From the NCBI GenBank assembly GCA_963931455.1, contig OZ007013.1:2955457-3019456 (forward strand): a stretch of DNA of 64,000 nucleotides. The letters are read 5' to 3'. The stretch is from an uncultured Faecalibacterium sp. (GTDB lineage Bacteria; Bacillota; Clostridia; Oscillospirales; Ruminococcaceae). Position numbers and translations under genes: made by a program. Positions within the stretch are counted from its first letter, which is position 1. Every line of letters starts with the position of its first letter. The notes beneath the pieces were generated by a model. It saw nothing but the letters and a program-made list of their open reading frames with translations, did not search any database and was not told where the DNA came from. Of the stretch, positions 9,608-19,191 are shown in pieces.

Positions 9608-10060
9608 TTATTCGGTTTTTTGCTGGCCCTCCGCCAGGCACCGATGGAAATCCTCCAGCATGGAGGCCAGGGTGATTTGCTCCATGGTCTGCCGGATGGA
9701 CTCCTCAATCTGGTGGTAGGGCCTGCGGAGCACAGCCCGGATGTTCTGGGCCACCGGGCAGGACCTGCCCTCACAGGGATGAATCCCGATCAGAGAGGTC
9801 AGGCCCTGGGGCTCCAACGCACTGTAAATCCCATAAAGAGTGATTTCGGAGGGGTCGCGGCACAGTTCTGCCCCGCCGGGGCCCCGGGCCACCGTAATCA
9901 GTCCCGCCTTTTTCAGGGCGCTGAGAATGTTGCGGATGATCACCGGGTTGCAGCCTGTGCTCTGGGCCAGCAGGCCGCTGGTCACCTTGGCTTTCCCTTT
10001 TGCCTCGTGGATAAAAATCAGACAGTGCACTGCAATCGAGCACTTCATGCTGAGCTGCAT
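9608..10060 (-). CDS. Rrf2-family transcriptional regulator (HypR/YwnA-like)
   Basis: Motifs SIAVHCL, CNPVIIRNIL, GPGGAEL, ITL..IY, CPV. Confidence 0.9.
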   Translation of the reverse strand: MQLSMKCSIAVHCLIFIHEAKGKAKVTSGLLAQSTGCNPVIIRNILSALKKAGLITVARGPGGAELCRDPSEITLYGIYSALEPQGLTSLIGIHPCEGRSCPVAQNIRAVLRRPYHQIEESIRQTMEQITLASMLEDFHRCLAEGQQKTE

Positions 10061-10093
10061 GGTGTTTGCCTCCTCCGGTTGTCAATCCGCACG

Positions 10094-10164
10094 ATGTAAG
10101 AATTGACTTTACATTTTATTGGTGGTATGATGGATGTCACAAGATGTAATGTTTCTATTTACAT
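10094..10164. promoter_or_regulatory. Two ATGTAA-N9-TTACAT palindromes, probable Rrf2 operators
   Basis: Copies at 10094-10114 and 10144-10164 in the divergent intergenic region. Confidence 0.65.
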
Positions 10165-10230
10165 TTTATTGTACAGCATCCGCCCGAAAATGCAACCATC
10201 AATTTGATTTCATCAAGAAAGTGTGCAGCT

Positions 10231-10992
10231 ATGAAGATCATCGAACTCTCTTTCAGCCCCACCGGCGGCACCCGGAAGGCCGCCGATTTCCTGGCCCATG
10301 CCTTGTCCGATTCGATCCAGAAGGTGGACCTCTGCGACAGCCAGGGGCATTTCAGCGATGTGTCTGTGGAACCTGACCAGCTGGCTCTGATTGCAGTCCC
10401 CTCTTATGGGGGCCGGGTGCCCGCCGTGGCCATCCAGCGGCTGGCCGCTGTCCACGGCAATGGCGCCCCCGCCATCCTGATGGTGGTGTATGGCAACCGC
10501 GCCTTTGAGGACACCATGGCCGAGCTGGAAGACACCGCCAGGCAGGCTGGTTTCAAGATCGCGGCCGGGGTGGCAGCTGTGGCAGAGCACTCCATTGTCC
10601 GGGAATTTGCCGCAGGCCGGCCCGACGCCCAGGACCAGGCCCAGCTGTCCGCCTTTGCTGCCCGGATCAAGGAAAAACTGGCATCCGGCAACAACGCCGA
10701 GCCGGCCATTCCCGGCAGCCGCCCCTACAAGAAGGCGGGTGGTTCCGGCATGGTTCCAAAACCCACCAAGGACTGCGACAGCTGCGGCCTTTGCGCCCAA
10801 AGCTGCCCTGTGCAGGCCATTGACCCGGCGGACCCCCATAAGGTGGACCAGCGCCTCTGCATTTCCTGCATGCGGTGCATCTCGGTCTGTCCCCGCCACG
10901 CCCGGAAACTGAACCCGCTGATGGTAACCGCTGCCCATGCCATGCTGAAAAAGGTCTGTTCCGACCGCAAGGAAAACGAACTGTTCCTCTAA
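10231..10992 (+). CDS. Flavodoxin-like/4Fe-4S ferredoxin fusion (EFR1 family)
   Basis: N-terminal FSPTGGT flavodoxin loop; two CxxCxxCxxxCP motifs. Confidence 0.9.
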   Translation: MKIIELSFSPTGGTRKAADFLAHALSDSIQKVDLCDSQGHFSDVSVEPDQLALIAVPSYGGRVPAVAIQRLAAVHGNGAPAILMVVYGNRAFEDTMAELEDTARQAGFKIAAGVAAVAEHSIVREFAAGRPDAQDQAQLSAFAARIKEKLASGNNAEPAIPGSRPYKKAGGSGMVPKPTKDCDSCGLCAQSCPVQAIDPADPHKVDQRLCISCMRCISVCPRHARKLNPLMVTAAHAMLKKVCSDRKENELFL

Positions 10993-11058
10993 TGTTTCCC
11001 CCTGATATGCCTTTGCCAGCCGCAGACCCCGCCGGTCTGCGGCTTTGTTTTTGCCAAA

Positions 11059-11185
11059 TGATTGATTTTGACTGGATTTGCCCGATTCTTTCGTGATTTT
11101 GGTGATTCCGGCAATTTGCAGTCTGCATCTTTGTGCATCATTTCGGATGATTCTGATTGACTTTGATCGTTCTTGATGCTATACT
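11059..11185 (+). promoter_or_regulatory. fru operon promoter with 10-bp periodic FruR-type repeats
   Basis: TTGACT(11157)-17-TATACT(11180) with extended TG; TGATTGATTT-like repeats at 11059-11088 and 11154-11183. Confidence 0.7.
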
Positions 11186-11291
11186 CAGGTCAGAAACAGA
11201 AAAGCGAACCACATTCCAGGGGTATCCGGTCATAATCCTTCAAAGTCATTCAGACCGGTCACCGGGATGGCGGTTCGGAAAGGAGTACCCC

Positions 11292-12086
11292 ATGTTAGCA
11301 GAGGAACGCTTTGACAACATCCTCAAGCTGCTGGCCCAAAAGCGCTCGGTGACGGTGCAGGAGCTGTGCGATGCACTGGACGCCAGTGAGTCCACCATCC
11401 GGCGGGACCTGGTGCTTCTCAACCAGCAGGGCCGGCTGAACCGGGTCCATGGCGGAGCCACCCTGCCGGACAGCGCCTTCCTCACCAATGAGGAGAGCAT
11501 GTCGGCCAAGGAACACCAGGCGGTGACTCAGAAGCAGAGCATCGGGCAGCTGGCCGCCAGTTTCATCCACGGCGAAGACTTCGTCTTTGTGGATGCAGGC
11601 AGCACCACCTTGCAGCTGGTCCGTGCCCTTCAGGGGCAGGCGCTGCAGGCCACCTTTGTCACCAACGGCATCGCCCACGCCCGGCTGCTGGCCCAGAAGG
11701 GATGCCGGGTCTACACCCTGGGCGGACAGGTCCGCCCCAGCACCGAGGCTGTGGTGGGCACGGCTGCCATGACCAGCGTGGGCCGGTACAACTTCACCAA
11801 AGCTTTTATGGGCGCCAACGGTGTCTCCCTGGACAGAGGCTACACCACCCCGGATGTGGAGGAGGCCGCCCTGAAGTCCCTGGCCGTCAGCCGGTCGATG
11901 GAGACCTGGTTTCTGGTGGATGACTCCAAATTCAGCAAAATCTATTCGGCGGTCATCTGTCCCCTCACCGACGCGGCCATCGTCACCAACCACCTTCCCA
12001 ATGAAAAATACCGCCAGTACGTCCTCATTCAGGAAAGCGGCGTTTTCGATTCATCCACCCATCAGGAAAAGGAGAGTCAAGCATGA
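11292..12086 (+). CDS. fruR: DeoR/GlpR-family repressor
   Basis: HTH motif SESTIRRDL, RVHGGA, FVDAGST; first gene of the fru operon; AAGGAG RBS. Confidence 0.9.
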   Translation: MLAEERFDNILKLLAQKRSVTVQELCDALDASESTIRRDLVLLNQQGRLNRVHGGATLPDSAFLTNEESMSAKEHQAVTQKQSIGQLAASFIHGEDFVFVDAGSTTLQLVRALQGQALQATFVTNGIAHARLLAQKGCRVYTLGGQVRPSTEAVVGTAAMTSVGRYNFTKAFMGANGVSLDRGYTTPDVEEAALKSLAVSRSMETWFLVDDSKFSKIYSAVICPLTDAAIVTNHLPNEKYRQYVLIQESGVFDSSTHQEKESQA

Positions 12087-12988
12087 TTTATACTGTTACC
12101 TTTAACCCTGCCATTGACTATGTGGTCCACCTGCCCGGCAGCCTGGAACTGGATGCCGTCAACCGCACCGTCCAGGAGGAATACCTCTTTGGCGGCAAGG
12201 GCATCAACGTTTCCAGCGTGCTGCGGGCACTGGACTGCGACAACACTGCCCTGGGCTTTGTGGCCGGCCCCACCGGCCACTGGCTGGAGACCGGCCTGGA
12301 AGCCCAGGGCGTCAAGACCGATTTCATCCACCTGAACCAGGGCGTCACCCGGATCAACGTCAAGATCAAGGCCACCGAGGAGACCGAGATCAACGGCATG
12401 GGCCCCCAGATCGGGGAAGCCGACATGGAACAGCTCTACGCCAAGCTGGACAAACTGGGCGAGGGCGACGCACTGGTGCTGGCAGGCAGCATCCCTGCCT
12501 GCCTGTCGGGGGATACCTACGAGAAAATCATGGCCCGGCTGGAAGGCCGCGGCGTCCGGATCGTGGTGGATGCAACCCGGGACCTGCTGGTGAACGTGCT
12601 GAAATACAAGCCCTTCCTCATCAAGCCCAACAACCATGAGCTGGGCGAGATCTTTGACCGGGAGCTGACCACCGACGCCGAGATCACCGCCTGCGCCGCC
12701 CTGCTCCAGAGCCGGGGCGCCCGGAACGTGCTGGTGAGCATGGCCGGTGACGGCGCCCTGCTGCTGGATGAGACCGGCAAGACCCATCGGATGGGGGTTC
12801 CCAAGGGCAAGGTGCTGAACAGCGTGGGCGCCGGCGACAGCATGGTGGCCGGTTTCCTGGCAGGCTACCTGCAGAAGGGCGACTACGACTGGGCGCTCCG
12901 GCTGGGCACCGCCGCAGGCAGCGCCACCGCCTTTTCCCTGGGCCTGGCCACCCGCGAAAAAATAGACTCCCTGCTGACCACGTTCTAA
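12083..12988 (+). CDS. fruK: 1-phosphofructokinase
   Basis: PfkB motifs TVTFNPAID, GGKGINVS, NSVGAGDSMVAGF. Confidence 0.95.
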   Translation: MIYTVTFNPAIDYVVHLPGSLELDAVNRTVQEEYLFGGKGINVSSVLRALDCDNTALGFVAGPTGHWLETGLEAQGVKTDFIHLNQGVTRINVKIKATEETEINGMGPQIGEADMEQLYAKLDKLGEGDALVLAGSIPACLSGDTYEKIMARLEGRGVRIVVDATRDLLVNVLKYKPFLIKPNNHELGEIFDRELTTDAEITACAALLQSRGARNVLVSMAGDGALLLDETGKTHRMGVPKGKVLNSVGAGDSMVAGFLAGYLQKGDYDWALRLGTAAGSATAFSLGLATREKIDSLLTTF

Positions 12989-13019
12989 TACACTACAACT
13001 GAAAAAGGAGAAGATTTCT

Positions 13020-14936
13020 ATCCGGATTACCGAACTGTTTTCTGTGCAGGCCATCGCGCTGGACAGCACAGCAGCCGACCAGGCCGCGGTGATTGATGCG
13101 CTGGTGGATTTGCAGTGCAAGCACGGCAACATCACCGACAAGGACGCCTACAAGGCCGCTATCTATGCCCGTGAAAAAGAAGCCTCCACCTACGTGGACA
13201 ACGGCATCACCGTCCCCCACGCCAAGGCTGCCTGTGTCACCCGGCCCAGCCTGGCTGTGCTGCGGCTGACCGCCCCCATCCAGTACAATCCCGAGGACGA
13301 CAGCAAGAGCGATCTGTTCTTTATGATTGCAGCCCCCGAGAACGGCAGCCTCCATGTGGATATGCTGGCCCGGATGATGCAGATGCTGATGCACGAAGAC
13401 TTTGTGGCCAAGCTGCGGGCCGCCAAAACCCCCCAGGAATTTCTGGATCTGATCGACGCCCAGGAGCAGCAGTAGTTTGGTTCTGAGAGCTTCACCCAGG
13501 AAAAGATTGCTCCCCAGGGCTACCGCGTTCTGGCTGTCACCGCCTGCCCCACCGGCATCGCCCACACCTACATGGCCGCTGAGGCCCTGGCCAAGGCCGG
13601 CGACAAGCTGGGCCTGCCCTGCAAGGTGGAGACCAACGGCTCGGGCGGCGCCAAGAACATCCTGACCGCCGAGGAAATCGCCGCCTGCGACGGCATCATT
13701 GTGGCCGCCGACAAGAACGTGGAGACTGCCCGTTTTGACGGCAAGCCGGTGCTGTTCACCCGTGTGGACGACGGCATCCACAAGCCCGAGGAACTGATCC
13801 AGCGGATCGAGAGCGGCGAAGTGCCGGTCTTCCACGCCAAGGGCGGCAAGCCTGCTGCCGAGGCCGGCGGCAACGACACGGTGGGCCACACTGTCTACAA
13901 ACACCTGATGAACGGTGTCTCCCACATGCTGCCCTTCGTGGTGGGCGGCGGCATCCTGATCGCCCTGGCATTCCTGTTCGATGATTTCTCCATCGATCCC
14001 TCCAACTTCGGTATGAACACGCCCCTGGCCGCCTTCTTCAAGACGGTGGGCAACGCAGCATTCAGCTATATGCTGCCCATCCTTTCGGCCTACATTGCCA
14101 TGTCCATTGCAGACCGGCCGGGCCTGGCCATCGGCTTTGTGGGCGGCGTGCTGGCCATGAACGGCACCAGCTTCTCGGGCCTGCTGGAAGGCAATACCAC
14201 CGGCATCTCGGGCGGCTTCCTGGCAGCCCTGCTGGCAGGCTTTGTGGCCGGCTACCTGGTTAAGTTCCTGGAAAATATCACCGAAAAGCTCCCCAGCAGC
14301 GTGGACGGCATCCGTCCCATGCTGATCTATCCCCTGGGCGGCATGCTGGTGATGGGCGTTGTGATGTGCGCCATCAACCCCATCATGGGCCTCATCAACG
14401 AGACCATCGCCGCCTGGCTGAACACCATGGGCGGCACCTCCAAGGTCCTGCTGGGCGCTGTCTGCGGCGGTATGATGAGCATCGATATGGGCGGCCCCTT
14501 CAACAAGGCAGCTTATGTCTTCGGCACCGCAGCCCTGTCCTCCGGCACCTATGACGTCATGGCCGCCGTTATGGTGGGCGGCATGGTGCCTCCCATCGCC
14601 ATCGCCCTGTCCACCACCTTCTGCCCCAAGAAGTGGACCAGCGAGGAGCGCAAGAACGGCTTCGTCAACTACATCATGGGCCTGTGCTTCATCTCTGAGG
14701 GCGCCATCCCCTTCGCAGCCACCGATCCCCTCCGCGTCCTGCCCAGCTGCGTCATTGGCTCGGCTGTCTCGGGTGCTCTGTCCATGCTGTTCGGCTGCAC
14801 CCTGCGGGCACCCCACGGCGGCATCTTCGTCTTCCCCGTGGTGGGCAACGCTCCCCTGTATGTGGTGGCTCTGGTCGCCGGCAGCGTGGTGGGCGCCATC
14901 CTGCTGAGCCTGCTGAAAAAGACAGTCCGGGAGTAA
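13020..14936 (+). pseudogene. fruA: Fructose PTS EIIABC with ATC at the expected start and an in-frame TAG between IIA and IIB
   Basis: One reading frame from 13020 to 14936; IIA motif PHAK, TAG at 13473-13475, IIB motif TACPTGIAHTYMA, IIC motifs. Confidence 0.8.
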
Positions 14937-15003
14937 CGGTTCCAACCCATTGCAGCTGAGAAAACCGGCCTGCCCCTGGTTTTCCTCCTGCCTTTTCCCA
15001 TAG

Positions 15004-15051
15004 AAAAAGCCGCCCGCGCCAGCATCCCAGGATGCCGGTACGGGCGGCTTT
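15004..15051. terminator. Intrinsic terminator between convergent genes
   Basis: AAAGCCGCCCG...CGGGCGGCTTT hairpin. Confidence 0.7.
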
Positions 15052-15061
15052 GTGCTGTCTG

Positions 15062-15592
15062 TCACTGCATTTCCATCTGAACCACTTCCGGTTCTCCCTC
15101 TGCAGCAGAACGGGATTTTTTCCCGGTGCCTTCCGTCGAGGTGACCACATGGACCAGGGCCGGGTCTGTCACGGTGCCGGGCTTGAGGATCTGGCCCGTT
15201 TGAGCCAGGCGATGGCGCAGCTCCACCCAGAACTGCTGGTGCAGCCCCTTTTTCTCCAGCATCCGGCGGAATTTCAGCAGGGTGGATGCATCCGGCACCC
15301 CGCTCTCCAGGAAATCCACCCCCATAAAGGTGCGCATGGCATAGCTGTCATAGATGGTTTCTTCCACCGCGGCGGCAGACAGATGGAACCACTCCTGCAG
15401 CAGATACATCCGCAGCATCTTTTCCAGCCCCACCGGCGGGCGGCCCCGCAGGCCCTGGGGGTAGTAGGGCTCGATGGCGGCCACCCATTTTTCCCAGGGC
15501 ACCAGGCTGTTCATTTCCGCAAGAAACTTTTCCCGCCGGGTGCGCTTTTTACGCCTGCTGTATTCCATGTCGCTGAATGTCAACTGGGCCAT
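15062..15592 (-). CDS. IS5-family transposase N-terminal fragment (DUF772-like), catalytic core incomplete
   Basis: Motifs QLTFSDMEY..RKKRTRREKFL and GRPP...KMLRMYLLQ.WF; stops after about 176 aa; no TIRs found. Confidence 0.8.
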   Translation of the reverse strand: MAQLTFSDMEYSRRKKRTRREKFLAEMNSLVPWEKWVAAIEPYYPQGLRGRPPVGLEKMLRMYLLQEWFHLSAAAVEETIYDSYAMRTFMGVDFLESGVPDASTLLKFRRMLEKKGLHQQFWVELRHRLAQTGQILKPGTVTDPALVHVVTSTEGTGKKSRSAAEGEPEVVQMEMQ

Positions 15593-15805
15593 TTTGCTCT
15601 CCTCCACCGTCACTTTTTTCTATTATACTACAAATTCTGCGGTGTTGGCAGGGGGATTTCTCATTTCTTTCTGAAAACCTCTTCTGTCCTTCAAAAGGCC
15701 CCGGCACTTGCCGGGCTCTTCACACAGACAGCAAAACCAATGCCCCCGGACAGCAAAACGGTCCGGGGGCATTGTGTTTACGTCAGGCGAAGGGAATCGA
15801 TTCTA

Positions 15806-16132
15806 TCAGCGGCGGTGCTCGTACTCGTAGTAGTCTTCCCGGTCGGCCCGCTCCTGCTCCATCTTCAGGATTTTGCCGGAGGAAGCGCCCACCTCAAACT
15901 CATACTTGACATCGTCCAGGATGAAGTCGAACTCGTACTTGCCATCGTCATATTCCTGCTCGATGATCTTCAGTTCGCTGGCATCCCGGTTCAGGTACTG
16001 TGCCACAATCTGGAGGGCGTCATCCATATTCAGAGAGGCAGCCATCGCGGACAGAGAGCCAAAGGCGGTCATAGCGGTCAGGGCCACAGCAGCGGTGAGG
16101 GTCAGGATCGACTTGCGGTTCATCTTCTTCAT
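15806..16132 (-). CDS. Small secreted PepSY-domain protein
   Basis: Signal peptide and motif EYDDGKYEFDF...YEFEVGASSGKIL. Confidence 0.85.
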   Translation of the reverse strand: MKKMNRKSILTLTAAVALTAMTAFGSLSAMAASLNMDDALQIVAQYLNRDASELKIIEQEYDDGKYEFDFILDDVKYEFEVGASSGKILKMEQERADREDYYEYEHRR

Positions 16133-16185
16133 AGTAGTTGTCTCCTTTATGTTTGGTTGTGTGTTTTGTTTCTTTGTGGGTAGAT

Positions 16186-16212
16186 TACGGAAGGATTTTT
16201 CTGAAACCGGGG
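16186..16212 (-). promoter_or_regulatory. SigI-type promoter CCCC-N19-CGTA
   Basis: Same motif and spacing as upstream of sigI (52126-52152). Confidence 0.55.
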
Positions 16213-16531
16213 TCTTCTGAAAAACTTTTTTGTTTTTTCCCGAGGCCCCTTTTCTTTGGGCTTCTGACTGCAGGATACGCAGCCGGGGATCCGTTTTCGG
16301 GGTCGAATCAAAAAAATTTCAAATTCATCTGCATTGCGGCCGCTGGTTTCCTTTTCCAATGGGAAAGTCTGCACCGGAAGGCCCAAAGGCGGAATGCCGG
16401 GCCCCTGCCTCTTCCAAAAGAAAGGCCTGGGACCATGAACAAAATAAAGCACAACTTCCATATTTAGGCTCGATTTTTTGCTTTGAAATGTATTTTCCGC
16501 CGATTCCTTGTTAAACCACCTAAAAAAAGGG

Positions 16532-16615
16532 TTGACAATTTGGTAAAAGTGAGTATACTGAGGCTAGTTTAAACAAAGGCGTTTTGCTCCTAAGGGAGCA
16601 GAGCGCCTTTTTCTA
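16532..16615 (+). promoter_or_regulatory. Sigma-A promoter plus leader terminator with an overlapping hexaloop hairpin
   Basis: TTGACA-16-TATACT; hairpin AAC-AAAGGC-GTT overlaps the 5' arm of a 16-bp stem followed by a T-tract. Confidence 0.65.
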
Positions 16616-16659
16616 TTTTTGTCGGCTTGTGCGGGCAAACGGGATTAGGAGGAGATTGG

Positions 16660-17385
16660 ATGATCAAGCTCGAACACATCAACAAATATTTCGGAGACCT
16701 GCATGTGCTCAAAGATGTCAATCTGGAAGTCAAAGAGGGCGAAAAGCTGGTGATCATCGGACCTTCCGGTTCGGGCAAATCCACTACCGTCCGCTGCATG
16801 AATTTCCTGGAAGAGCCCACCAGCGGGCATGTGTACATCGACGGCAAAGAGCTGACCCACAAAAACAAAACCAAGCTGGTGCGGGAAACCACTTCCATGG
16901 TGTTCCAGCAGTTCAACTTGTATCCCCACATGACGGTGCTGAAAAACCTGACCCTGGCCCCCATCAAGCTCCACCACAAGAGCAAGGCCGAGGCTGAAAA
17001 GACCGCTTATCACTATCTGGAAGTGGTCGGACTGGTGGACAAGGCCAACGCCTACCCCACCACCCTGTCGGGCGGCCAGCAGCAGCGCATCGCCATTGCC
17101 CGCGCCCTGTGCGCCCAGACCAAGATCATCCTGTTCGACGAGCCCACCTCTGCGCTGGACCCCGAGACCATCCAGGAAGTGCTGGATGTCATGATCCGGC
17201 TGGCCAACGAGAAGAGCATCACCATGGTGGTGGTCACCCATGAGATGGGCTTTGCACGCCAGGTGGCCGACCGGGTGGTCTTTATGGCCGACGGCCAGAT
17301 CATTGAGGAGGGTGCTCCCGAGCACTTCTTCACCAACCCCCAGAACGAGCGGGTTCGCCAGTTCCTGGGCAAGATCATTCGCTGA
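16660..17385 (+). CDS. glnQ: Polar amino-acid ABC transporter ATP-binding protein (GlnQ type)
   Basis: Motifs GPSGSGKS, LSGGQQQR, FDEPTSALDPE. Confidence 0.9.
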   Translation: MIKLEHINKYFGDLHVLKDVNLEVKEGEKLVIIGPSGSGKSTTVRCMNFLEEPTSGHVYIDGKELTHKNKTKLVRETTSMVFQQFNLYPHMTVLKNLTLAPIKLHHKSKAEAEKTAYHYLEVVGLVDKANAYPTTLSGGQQQRIAIARALCAQTKIILFDEPTSALDPETIQEVLDVMIRLANEKSITMVVVTHEMGFARQVADRVVFMADGQIIEEGAPEHFFTNPQNERVRQFLGKIIR

Positions 17386-17460
17386 TCTTTGAACGCCGGG
17401 CCACTGACCGGTGCATTCCGGCGTTTTAAGATAGAAATTATTTAGGGGAGGAACATTATC

Positions 17461-18360
17461 GTGAGAAAGAAATTTGCAGCCCTGCTGGCCGGTGTCATGT
17501 CTCTGGCCATGTTGACAGCCTGTGGCGGGTCCACCGGCAGCTCTACCGCAGCATCTTCCACTGCTGCCAGCTCTGCCGCCGGCAGCACCGCCGCCGCATC
17601 CACCACGGAGTGGCCGGAAGACGTGCAGGAGATCGTGGACCGCGGTGTCCTGCGGGTCGGCGTCAAGAACGCCGTTCCCGGCTTCGGCTATCAGGACCCC
17701 CTGACCGGTGCGTACAGCGGCCTGGAGATCGACCTGGCCAACAAGATTGCCGAGTATCTGGGCGTGGACGTGGAGTTCACCACCGTCACCGCTGCTACCC
17801 GCGGTGAGCTGCTGGATTCCGGCGACATCGACTGTGTCCTGGCAACCTTCACCATCACCGATGAGCGCAAGCAGACCTGGGACTTCACCACGCCCTACTA
17901 CACCGACGCCGTCACCGTTCTGGTGGAAGATTCCTCCGGCATCTCCAGCCTGAGCGATCTGGTGGGCAAGACCGTGGGTGTCTCCTCCGGCTCCACCTCC
18001 GCCCGTGAGCTGGTCCGCGCCATGGTGGACAAAGGCCTGATCAGTGGCGACAACTTCGACCCCGATACCTTTGATGCCACCACCTGGACCGAGGGTGTCA
18101 CCTTCCATCAGTACGACGACTATCCCACCATCTCCACCGCTCTGAGCGCCGGCGAAGTGGACGCCTTCTGTGTGGACCGTTCCATCCTGGCCATCTACAA
18201 GACCGACGGCCGCTCCTACATTGAGGACGAGTTCGCACCCCAGGAGTACGGCATTGCCACCACCAAGGGCTCGGGTCTGTCTGAAGTGTGCGAGGAACTG
18301 GTCACCCAGTGGCTGTCTGACGGCACCATCGATGGCCTGATCGCTGAGTACGGACTGTAA
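17461..18360 (+). CDS. Polar amino-acid ABC substrate-binding lipoprotein (Peb1A/GlnH-like)
   Basis: Lipobox LTAC; motifs LRVGVK, ATFTITDERK. Confidence 0.9.
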   Translation: MRKKFAALLAGVMSLAMLTACGGSTGSSTAASSTAASSAAGSTAAASTTEWPEDVQEIVDRGVLRVGVKNAVPGFGYQDPLTGAYSGLEIDLANKIAEYLGVDVEFTTVTAATRGELLDSGDIDCVLATFTITDERKQTWDFTTPYYTDAVTVLVEDSSGISSLSDLVGKTVGVSSGSTSARELVRAMVDKGLISGDNFDPDTFDATTWTEGVTFHQYDDYPTISTALSAGEVDAFCVDRSILAIYKTDGRSYIEDEFAPQEYGIATTKGSGLSEVCEELVTQWLSDGTIDGLIAEYGL

Positions 18361-18456
18361 TTTCACATCACCTGCCGGACAGTCCCCCGCGAGGCTGCAC
18401 TGTCCGGCTTTCTTTTTGATTGATCAACACCCCAGGAACACGGAGGGATTTTCATC

Positions 18457-19164
18457 ATGAGCGGATTGTTTTCGGCAAATGCCTGGCAGACAGTGTGGAC
18501 CTACAGAGCCACCTTCCTGCACGGGCTGGGCAACACAGTGGAGCTGGCCATCGTGGCCCTGCTGCTCTCTCTGGTGCTTGGGATGCTGTTCGGCCTGCTG
18601 TCCACCAGCGGCAAAAAGCCGCTGGCTGCCATTGCCCGCGTCTACGTGGAACTGATCCAGAACACGCCCCTGCTTTTGCAGATGTGCTTTCTCTATTATC
18701 TGCTGGCCTTCTCGGGCAACAGCATCGGCATTCTCCCCACCGGCATGGTCGCCCTGGGCGTCTACCACGGCGCCTATATGTCTGAGGTCATCCGGGCCGG
18801 CATCCAGGCTGTGCCCAAAGGCCAGTCGGAAGCAGCCCAGGCCCAGGGCTTCGGGTATCTGGGCCGGATGTACTACATCATCCTCCCCCAAAGCATCAAG
18901 ATCATTCTTCCCCCTATGGTCAACCAGGTGGTCAACCTGATCAAAAACACTTCCTGCCTCTACATCGTGGGCGGCTCGGACCTGATCTCGGTGACCTACA
19001 ACTTTGTCACCGGCTCCACCACCGGCGGCGCCTATGCGCCGGCCTACCTGGTCAGCGGCCTGCTGTTCTTCGTCATCTGCTTCCCCCTGTCCACCGTGGC
19101 CAGCCTGTGGGAGAACTCCCTGAAAAAGCGGGAAGCCCAGACCACCAAGGCTGCGGTGCGCTGA
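18457..19164 (+). CDS. Polar amino-acid ABC permease
   Basis: Motifs YVELIQNTPLL, SEVIRAGIQAV, IILPQ. Confidence 0.92.
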   Translation: MSGLFSANAWQTVWTYRATFLHGLGNTVELAIVALLLSLVLGMLFGLLSTSGKKPLAAIARVYVELIQNTPLLLQMCFLYYLLAFSGNSIGILPTGMVALGVYHGAYMSEVIRAGIQAVPKGQSEAAQAQGFGYLGRMYYIILPQSIKIILPPMVNQVVNLIKNTSCLYIVGGSDLISVTYNFVTGSTTGGAYAPAYLVSGLLFFVICFPLSTVASLWENSLKKREAQTTKAAVR

Positions 19165-19191
19165 CCATCTGAAAGAGAGGCGGTAACAACA

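Noticed and set aside
13473-13475. Genome-wide amber recoding (pyrrolysine or alternative code)
   Set aside because: Only one in-frame TAG was seen, TAG ends macB at the expected family terminus, and no pyl genes are in the window.
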